A program made the position numbers and the translations under genes. A stretch of DNA of 64,000 bases from Candidatus Sumerlaeaceae bacterium (lineage in GTDB: Bacteria > Sumerlaeota > Sumerlaeia > Sumerlaeales > Sumerlaeaceae): NCBI GenBank assembly GCA_051003195.1, contig JBPCLP010000044.1, positions 1 through 64,000 on the forward strand, written 5' to 3'. A model generated the notes under the pieces. It saw only the letters and a program-made list of their open reading frames with translations, made no database searches and was not told where the DNA came from. Positions 19,197 through 26,561 of the stretch are shown piece after piece (the first letter of the stretch is position 1; every line of letters begins with the position of its first letter).

Positions 19197-19564
19197 CCAC
19201 CCGCAATCTTTTGCAAGCCATTGCCGGCGCTTGATTTTCACCACATATCGATTCGACTGTGCGCTGCGCACCATTCGCGCTTTCATGCCCCTGGTGCTTA
19301 CCGAACGCACCCCGCTTCGCGCCTTGTGCACTGAGAACCAGCGAACACTCCACAACGATTGGATTTCAATTAGTAATGTGTTAAAATTGCACAATATTGC
19401 TTATAAATTGGTTCTTTATTACCAATATTGCGTCGATTGATTTTGACATAACATCAATATTATGAGCTAATTAAGCCAATAAGTTGCGCATCGGTTGATG
19501 CGAGTTGCTAATAAAATTTCGGAAATACTTGCTATTAGGTTTCTAAAACCTGCATGTCTGAACC

Positions 19565-20065
19565 ATGGCTTTGGGGAAAATGGAATCTACTGAGAACCCG
19601 GAATTTTGTGAGCTCTACCTCATTGTTAGACCGGAAGAAAAGCGCGCCGTCACGACGTGCCTGGACTCCTTTGTGGGTCCGGTTTACACGACAATCCCAG
19701 GACTTGGCCGCGGTTACAACGGACTCACCTACCAGGCGAAAAGGCGCAGCTTAATACAGCGGCTTTGGCGCAACACCGAACCACTCACTGTTTTCCTTCC
19801 AAAAGTCGTTCTCTACCTGGTGCTTCCTTGTGACGCAGTGGACGAACTGATGTCTGCCATACAGCAGACTTTAAGGACCGCCGGTGGGCCCGCTAACTGC
19901 GCCAGGGGATTCGGGTTCATCGTGCCTGTTGGCGACCAGGTGGTGATCGACGGCTCCTTCGCTACGCAAACGCGCGCGACGCGACCTGACGTCGGGGCGG
20001 CACGAAATGGTAACGCCGCATCCGACCCCCTACTCAACCTGTACCATGAACTGGAGCACGTGTGA
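19565..20065 (+). CDS. Divergent PII-family protein (NifI2-like)
   Basis: IVRPE, GLGRG, long T-loop, FLPK, GFGFIVPV replacing GDGKIF. Confidence 0.7.
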   Translation: MALGKMESTENPEFCELYLIVRPEEKRAVTTCLDSFVGPVYTTIPGLGRGYNGLTYQAKRRSLIQRLWRNTEPLTVFLPKVVLYLVLPCDAVDELMSAIQQTLRTAGGPANCARGFGFIVPVGDQVVIDGSFATQTRATRPDVGAARNGNAASDPLLNLYHELEHV

Positions 20066-21351
20066 TTCCGTATCCCGCAGAGAAGAAGTGGCGAACGCTG
20101 CACTTTACCTGGATCGCTTTCTGGAGCACTTTCTTTGCCTGGTTTGCTTTTGCTCCACTCGCGGTCGCAGCCCAGAAAGAATTGTCCCTTACCAACGCGC
20201 AACTCGGCTGGCTCGCGATGGCAGGCCAGTTGCTCACCATTCCGGGTCGTCTCTTCGTTGGTGGGCTCGTGGATCGGATCGGCCCGCGGCGTACGTTTAC
20301 TGTACTGATGCTGCTGGTATCAGTTCCAGTCGCGCTGCTGGGGTTTGCCCGTTCGTTCCACGAACTCCTCGGCCTCCGCCTTCTTATTGGTCTGGCTGGA
20401 TGCGGTTTCGTAGTCGGTGTACGCATGATCGCCGACTGGTTTCCGCCGCGTCAGCTTGGCCTCGCTGAGGGAATCTACGGCGGGTGGGGAAATTGCGGTG
20501 CAGGCTTTGCTGCTTTGCTGCTTCCGCTCGCAGCCCATTGGATCGGCTGGCGCTTCGCGCTGGCCTCAGCGGCAATCCCACTTGTACTTTGGTCATGGGT
20601 ATTCTGGCGCAATGTGAGTGATGTCCCGGCCGGCCGCGTTTTTCGGCGCACGCCGCGCGAACAAAACTTCAGTGCATGGCGAGACCGCGACGCCCGGCTC
20701 CTGGCGTTCGCCTATCTCGCGACCTTTGGGACCGAGATTTCCATCGTCACATTTCTTCCAAAATATTTCTACGACAGGTTTCACATCACTTTGCTGCAGG
20801 CCGGCTGGTGCGCTTCGGTCTTTGCCATCCTGAATATCATCGCCCGCCCCGCGGGCGGATGGCTGGCAGATCGCTGCGGACGCAAGCGGGTGCTGCTCAT
20901 CACGCTCGCGGGTTCGGCCGTTACGTACGCGGCGATGGGATTCGCTCCGAGTCTGGCGCTGGCTATTGCGGCAACTGCCGTCGCAGCGCTGTTCGTGCAG
21001 GCAGGCTGTGGCGCTGTTTACGCCATTGTGCCCTTGGTTCATCCGACGGCAGTAGGGCAGGTGGCCGGATTCGTTGGCGCGACCGCCAATGCCGGCGCGC
21101 TCGTGTTTCCGCTGGTGTTCGGTTACGGGCTCCAGCTAACGGGGGGCAGCTACGCGCCAGCCTTTATCGCCGTCGCTGCTACAGCTTTGGTCGCGTTCCT
21201 CGCACTGACGCGACTGCGCATCACCGATGCGGCGCATATACAAGACGCATCCCTCCAGCAGGATTTTTCGCGGGTAACCATGCGTCTGCAGGTCTCAGGT
21301 CAACCGCGCCTCTTCCACCAGAATTCTACAAGTGCAGGAGTAAGTTCATGA
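20062..21351 (+). CDS. narK: NarK/NasA-type MFS nitrate/nitrite transporter
   Basis: WIAFWSTFFAWF, AEGIYGGWGNCG nitrate signature, ARPAGGWLADR; about 12 TM helices. Confidence 0.9.
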   Translation: MIPYPAEKKWRTLHFTWIAFWSTFFAWFAFAPLAVAAQKELSLTNAQLGWLAMAGQLLTIPGRLFVGGLVDRIGPRRTFTVLMLLVSVPVALLGFARSFHELLGLRLLIGLAGCGFVVGVRMIADWFPPRQLGLAEGIYGGWGNCGAGFAALLLPLAAHWIGWRFALASAAIPLVLWSWVFWRNVSDVPAGRVFRRTPREQNFSAWRDRDARLLAFAYLATFGTEISIVTFLPKYFYDRFHITLLQAGWCASVFAILNIIARPAGGWLADRCGRKRVLLITLAGSAVTYAAMGFAPSLALAIAATAVAALFVQAGCGAVYAIVPLVHPTAVGQVAGFVGATANAGALVFPLVFGYGLQLTGGSYAPAFIAVAATALVAFLALTRLRITDAAHIQDASLQQDFSRVTMRLQVSGQPRLFHQNSTSAGVSS

Positions 21352-21704
21352 AGATGATTCGGGCCATTGTCCGGCCGGAGCGGGAGGTGCAGGTTGTCCA
21401 GGCGCTTGAGCGAATCGGGGAATATGCGCTGACCAAAGTTGCGGTAACCGGTCGCGGGCGACAAGGCGGGCTGCAGTCGGGGCCACTCAGCCATGCAGAA
21501 ATCGCGAAGGTGATGTTCATCATCGTGGTCGCGGAAGAGCGTGCCGATGCAATTGTCACCACCATTGCGCATGCGGCGTACACCGGTTTTCCGGGCGACG
21601 GGCGGATTTTTGTCAGCCCGGTCGAAAAAGCCGTGCGCCTTCGGACGGGTGAAATCCTGGAGAGCTCAAATTCTGTGCTGGAGAATGGCCATGTCAATGC
21701 GTGA
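21348..21704 (+). CDS. PII-family nitrogen regulator (NifI1-like)
   Basis: MKMIRAIVRPE, ALTK, GRGRQGG, AYTGFPGDGRIFVSPV, RTGE; ATGA overlap with transporter. Confidence 0.9.
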   Translation: MKMIRAIVRPEREVQVVQALERIGEYALTKVAVTGRGRQGGLQSGPLSHAEIAKVMFIIVVAEERADAIVTTIAHAAYTGFPGDGRIFVSPVEKAVRLRTGEILESSNSVLENGHVNA

Positions 21705-24177
21705 GAAACTTGTGTTTATCGGGAATGGCATGGCCGGAATTGCCTGCCTCGAGAACATCTTGCGACTCGCCCCCGAACGGTACGAAGTAACCGTCTTCGG
21801 TGCCGAGAAATATCCAAACTACAATCGGATCCAGCTATCTCCCGTCCTTGCGGGAGATATGAATTGGGACGACATTATCCTGAATCCCCAGGCGTGGTAC
21901 GCGGAGCACAACATTCGGCTGCACATGGGAGTGAAGGCGACGGCCATCGACCGGCACCGGCGGGTGGTGTACGGCGATGATGGGATCGAGGAGCCCTACG
22001 ACAAGCTCGTTCTGGCCACTGGTTCCAATGCGCTCATCATTCCAATTCCCGGCCACGATAAGCAGGGCGTGGTTGTGTTTCGCACCATCGATGATTGCAA
22101 GGCGATGATCGAAGCATCGAAGGAATTCTCCCGCGCTGCCGTCATTGGCGGCGGGCTGCTGGGGCTCGAGGCCGCGCGCGGGTTGAAAAACCTCGGGATG
22201 GAAGTCAGCGTCGTGCATCTCGCGGACTGGTTGATGGAACGCCAGCTCGATCCCGGCGCAGGCCAGTACCTCGCGCGCGCCATTCGCGAGCAGGGCATCG
22301 ACGTACTCCTCGGCCGGCAGACAGAAGCCATTGAAGGCGAGCATCGCGTCACGGGGCTTCGCTTTAAAGACGGCCAACGCCTCGACACCGACTTTGTGGT
22401 AATGGCCGCAGGTATTAAACCCAACGCAGAACTGGCACGCGCCGCCGCGCTGGAGTGTAATCGTGGTGTCGTCGTCAGCGATTTCATGCAGACCAGTGAC
22501 CCCACGGTTTACGCAGTCGGTGAATGCGCGGAGCATCGCGGCATCTGCTACGGGCTCGTTGCTCCGCTCTACGAGCAGGGGCGCGTATTGGCTGCCCATC
22601 TCACCGGCGGCGAAACCGTACCGTATACGGGGTCCGTGCTCTCGACAAAACTCAAAGTCAGTGGCGTCGACGTTTTCGCAGGCGGCATTGCCCAGGAAGA
22701 CGCCGAGTGCGAGGTGATGCGCATTGAAGACTCGGCGTCCGGCATTTACAAGAAAGCCGTGATAAAAGAAGGGCGGCTCGTTGGTGCAGTGCTTGTCGGC
22801 GATATGGCTCCCGCAATGCAACTCGAGCAGCTTTTGCGCAGTGGCAAAGAGCTCAACGGCGAGCGACCCACGTTGCTGATCGGCAAACCTAAAGAAGCAA
22901 ACACAGGACCGCCCAAGCCCACAGCAGAACTTGTCGATCTGCCCGGCGACGCCATTATTTGCGGGTGCAACGGTGTGTGCAAAGGCACGATCGTCGCCGC
23001 AATTCACTCACAGAATCTCACCACGCGCAAGGAAGTCGCCGCTGTTACCAACGCATCGCGCAGCTGCGGCGGGTGCGGTCCTCAGGTGGACGCATTAATT
23101 GCAATGGTGCACGGCGACACGTCCGTTCCGCATCGCCGGAAGAAACCCTTGTGTGACTGTACCCTGCTGTCGCGCGACGACGTGGTCGCGGCCATACGCG
23201 AGCACCGTCTCACTTCCGTGAACCAGGCTATGAGCTTCCTGCACTGGACGACGGAGGGCTGCGGTGTGTGCCGCCCTGCGATCAATTACTTCCTGACCAT
23301 GTGCTGGCCGGGCGAGAATGAAGACGACCCTCGTTCGCGATTCGTGAATGAGCGGGTACATGCAAACATCCAGAAGGACGGCACCTACTCTGTTGTTCCG
23401 CGCATGTATGGCGGAGTCACCACACCTGCCGAACTCGAGCGCATCGCGCAGGTCGCGCGCAAACACGACGTGCCACTGGTAAAGATCACGGGTGGGCAGC
23501 GAATCGATCTGCTAGGCATTACAAAGGAATCGTTGCCAGCCATCTGGGAGGAGTTGGATATGCCCTCCGGGTTCGCGTATGGCAAGGCCGTACGTACGGT
23601 GAAGACATGCGTGGGCAGCACCTTCTGCCGGTTCGGAACGCGCGACTCCATCGAGATGGGCATCCGGATTGAGAAGACATTCGAAAACCTCTGGACGCCT
23701 GCGAAGGTAAAGATGGCGGTCAATGGCTGTCCTCGAAACTGTGCCGAATCTCTGATCAAAGACGTGGGGCTCATCGCCGTCGATACCGCGTGGCAGATTT
23801 ACGTGGGTGGAAACGGCGGGGTGAAAGTGCGGACGGCTGAGTTACTGGCGACGGTCGAGACCGACGACGAAGCCATTGAAATTATTGCGGCCTTTCTGCA
23901 GTTGTACCGGCGCGAAGCGCAATACAACGAGCGCACCAGCTCGTGGTGCGAGAACGTCGGCATCGACTACATTCACCGAAACGTCGTCGAGAACCTGGAG
24001 CAGCGTCTCGAACTGGCAGAGCAGATGTGGAAGGCTCTGAATCACCGCGTCGATCCCTGGCGCGATCGTGTGGAGAAAATACGCCGCGGCGATGAGGCGA
24101 CGGAGCGCGAATTCTCCAGCCTGCAAGTTGGCCGCGTATTGAGCATTCCGGGCGAGAAGGCAGAATCATGTCGCTAG
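21691..24177 (+). CDS. nirB: NAD(P)H-dependent nitrite reductase large subunit
   Basis: GNGMAG, GGGLLGLE, two BFD-like Cys clusters, NIQKDGTYSVVPR, CVGSTFC and GCPRNC siroheme/4Fe-4S ligands. Confidence 0.95.
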   Translation: MSMREKLVFIGNGMAGIACLENILRLAPERYEVTVFGAEKYPNYNRIQLSPVLAGDMNWDDIILNPQAWYAEHNIRLHMGVKATAIDRHRRVVYGDDGIEEPYDKLVLATGSNALIIPIPGHDKQGVVVFRTIDDCKAMIEASKEFSRAAVIGGGLLGLEAARGLKNLGMEVSVVHLADWLMERQLDPGAGQYLARAIREQGIDVLLGRQTEAIEGEHRVTGLRFKDGQRLDTDFVVMAAGIKPNAELARAAALECNRGVVVSDFMQTSDPTVYAVGECAEHRGICYGLVAPLYEQGRVLAAHLTGGETVPYTGSVLSTKLKVSGVDVFAGGIAQEDAECEVMRIEDSASGIYKKAVIKEGRLVGAVLVGDMAPAMQLEQLLRSGKELNGERPTLLIGKPKEANTGPPKPTAELVDLPGDAIICGCNGVCKGTIVAAIHSQNLTTRKEVAAVTNASRSCGGCGPQVDALIAMVHGDTSVPHRRKKPLCDCTLLSRDDVVAAIREHRLTSVNQAMSFLHWTTEGCGVCRPAINYFLTMCWPGENEDDPRSRFVNERVHANIQKDGTYSVVPRMYGGVTTPAELERIAQVARKHDVPLVKITGGQRIDLLGITKESLPAIWEELDMPSGFAYGKAVRTVKTCVGSTFCRFGTRDSIEMGIRIEKTFENLWTPAKVKMAVNGCPRNCAESLIKDVGLIAVDTAWQIYVGGNGGVKVRTAELLATVETDDEAIEIIAAFLQLYRREAQYNERTSSWCENVGIDYIHRNVVENLEQRLELAEQMWKALNHRVDPWRDRVEKIRRGDEATEREFSSLQVGRVLSIPGEKAESCR

Positions 24178-25178
24178 CGCCGGTGGCTGCGAGCCTTTGG
24201 CAGACTGTCTGCCGTGCGGACGATATTCCAGCTGCGGGAGCCCGCGTTCTGCACATTTCCGGCATCGAGATCGCCTTGTTCCGCACAAGGCATGGTGCCA
24301 TTCTCGCATTGGAAAATCGTTGCCCGCACAAGGGCGGCAAGCTCAGCGAAGGTATCGTCGCCGATCACACCGTCCTATGTCCGCTGCACGGCTGGCGCAT
24401 CGACATGGTCACCGGCGAAGCCGTTAATCCCGATAAAGGCTGCGTGAAGCGTTATCCCATAACCGTCCGCGACGGAGATGTGCTGGTTCGATTAGATGAG
24501 GAACCAACCAACCGCACCATGCTTCCTCTATGCGACGCCGTGGGATCGCACGCCGACACGCAGCGGCCGAAGCTCGGTCGACGGCGTGCAACCGTCGAGG
24601 ATTTCACCCTGCACGACTTTGATCGCGATATCCCGGTGCTTGCCGTCGAACCGCCCTCTCCTGACGACTGCGACTCCTACACGCTGACAATCACCGCAGA
24701 CAAGCGGCGTGGCGCTCTTGCACAGTATACCTTTAAGCAGCTATCCCGCCGATTTCCTGTCGTCGAGAGTGCCGCCCACATTACATGCCTCATGTTCGGC
24801 TTTACTCGTCCGGTCATTTGGCAGGGTGTGCGGCTTGTGGATGTATTGGAAGACGCCGGGATCCAGGACCACCAGTTCGGTTCCTTTTATTCCTGGGATA
24901 CTTTGGAGACGAAAGAGGGCGAGCGGTTCTTTGAGACCCTGCCCCGCGACTATATGCTCGATCCGCGCTCGCTGCTGGTGTTTGGCATGAACGGCAAGCC
25001 GCTGCCCAAGGAACACGGCGGCCCCGTTCGACTGGCCCTGCCCTTCCTTCAAGGCTACAAAAGCGTGAAGTGGCTGACTTGGATCAAGCTTTCCAACGAA
25101 GACGAAATAGGCTACAAGAAGCTGCATGGCTTCATCTTTTTCCCAGAGCTGTCCACCCCGCCGGGTTTCACACCTTGA
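24168..25178 (+). CDS. nirD: NirD Rieske domain fused to sulfite-oxidase-family molybdopterin domain
   Basis: NRCPHKGG and CPLHGW Rieske ligands; C-terminal HITC, WQGVRL, NGKPLPKEHGGPVRL, GYKSVKWL. Confidence 0.88.
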   Translation: MSLAPVAASLWQTVCRADDIPAAGARVLHISGIEIALFRTRHGAILALENRCPHKGGKLSEGIVADHTVLCPLHGWRIDMVTGEAVNPDKGCVKRYPITVRDGDVLVRLDEEPTNRTMLPLCDAVGSHADTQRPKLGRRRATVEDFTLHDFDRDIPVLAVEPPSPDDCDSYTLTITADKRRGALAQYTFKQLSRRFPVVESAAHITCLMFGFTRPVIWQGVRLVDVLEDAGIQDHQFGSFYSWDTLETKEGERFFETLPRDYMLDPRSLLVFGMNGKPLPKEHGGPVRLALPFLQGYKSVKWLTWIKLSNEDEIGYKKLHGFIFFPELSTPPGFTP

Positions 25179-25216
25179 TTGTCACACACACACCGAAGCT
25201 TCATGCGCTGAACACG

Positions 25217-26302
25217 ATGCCGTCTTCATCACCAGAACCGCTGAATCAGCTCGTCGCTTTTATGAAGTACCTGGGCACCGGGAAAACGGGCTCTCGTGAT
25301 TTAAGCCGGGAAGACGCCACCGCAGCGATGAATGCCATCCTCGACAGGCGCTTTCATCCAGTCACGTTTGGTGCATTTTTCCAGGCTCTGCGCCACAAGG
25401 GCGAAGCGCTCGACGAAGTAGCCGGCCTGATGGACTCACTCGCGTTGCGAACTCTGCAGACGGGAATTCCTATGCCTGCGAACACCGTCGATTGCGCAGG
25501 GGCGTACGATGGAAAACAGCGAACCTTGAATATTGGTCTGCCTGCCGCCCTGGTGACGGCTGCGGCGGGCGTGCCGGTACTGCTGCACGGCAACCGCGAC
25601 GTCCCTACTAAGTGCGGTATGACCACCTCGCACATTCTTGAACGGCTGGGTATCGACTGGATGCGCTCCTCTACCGAGGCAGCCGCGGATCTTCACAACC
25701 ATGGCATCGCCTACCTCCACCAGCCCGTCTTTCACCCAGGTCTCGATGCGTTGCTTCCGTTGCGGCGGGCCATGGGCAAGCGTACGATCCTGAACAGCAT
25801 CGAGCCGCTGCTGAACCCACTCGGTGCACGCATGCACGTGGGGGGCTTTTTTCACGACGCCTACGCCGAGATGCTCTGTCGCGCATCTGCAGTTGCGAAC
25901 ACCGGCTTTGACCGCGTAGTGCTCGTCAAAGGCATCGAGGGCTCGGATGAACTCCGCCCGGGCGTCATGACGTTCTGCGAGCTCAATCATGGCGAAGTAC
26001 AGACGCACGCCACGGATTCAATGGCGCTTGGGCTGCACGCACACATCAGCGAGCTGGCACTCACGATCCACGACATCGACGCCGCTGCCACGGAGAATGC
26101 CGCTCGAATTAAAGATGTGCTGCAAGGGGCAGACACCCCTGCTTACCGAAACTCCATCCTCCTGAATGCGGCTGTGCGACTGTACACCGCAGGTGCAGCT
26201 TCCACGCTTGCGGATGCTGTGCCGATCGCTGTCGAGGCTCTCGAAAGCGGCCGCGCTGCTGAACGCCTGCTGGCATGGCAGCAAGAAACCATGAAGCTCT
26301 AA
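25217..26302 (+). CDS. Anthranilate phosphoribosyltransferase-like protein (TrpD2/YbiB type)
   Basis: GTGKTGSRDL, YDGKQRT in place of the TrpD GTGGD loop, HGNR, KGIEGSDE. Confidence 0.82.
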   Translation: MPSSSPEPLNQLVAFMKYLGTGKTGSRDLSREDATAAMNAILDRRFHPVTFGAFFQALRHKGEALDEVAGLMDSLALRTLQTGIPMPANTVDCAGAYDGKQRTLNIGLPAALVTAAAGVPVLLHGNRDVPTKCGMTTSHILERLGIDWMRSSTEAAADLHNHGIAYLHQPVFHPGLDALLPLRRAMGKRTILNSIEPLLNPLGARMHVGGFFHDAYAEMLCRASAVANTGFDRVVLVKGIEGSDELRPGVMTFCELNHGEVQTHATDSMALGLHAHISELALTIHDIDAAATENAARIKDVLQGADTPAYRNSILLNAAVRLYTAGAASTLADAVPIAVEALESGRAAERLLAWQQETMKL

Positions 26303-26561
26303 ACCTCATTACAAACCGTCGCGCCTGCGAATTAGAGTTTTTTTATCCTCCAAAAAGGCTTCCCTTTTTCGTCAGTAGACAAGTGAAGGGCACGCAGGCT
26401 CATCATGAAGGAGAGGCATCAGCGACTGTGGACGCGAAACTGACAGGCACTTGTGAGGACTCGCAGCTCGTGTGCGCGGCACTCCAGGCGTTCTGAGCAG
26501 AATGAGGGAAAGAGTATGGCAATTTGACTTCGAACTGCGGCGCGTACACAGCCGCATCCAA

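Noticed and set aside
18525..19440. ORFs 18525-18890, 19035-19394 and 19153-19440
   Set aside because: They overlap the better-supported zinc-ribbon gene, terminator or tRNA and show no protein-like motifs.
19490..19545. Sigma54 promoter or NrpR operator for the nitrogen operon
   Set aside because: The TTGC elements lack a correctly spaced TGGCAC-type -24 box, and GGAA-N6-TTCC is not satisfied.
20676..21347. 342-aa ORF suggesting a long N-terminal extension on the PII protein
   Set aside because: The extension is an off-frame overlap of the transporter; PII homology starts at ATG 21348.
21835..23007. 390-aa antisense ORF
   Set aside because: Shadow of nirB caused by GC-rich codon bias; no recognisable motifs. 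The same applies to 28422-29081, 29577-30341, 37469-38137 and 45821-46534.
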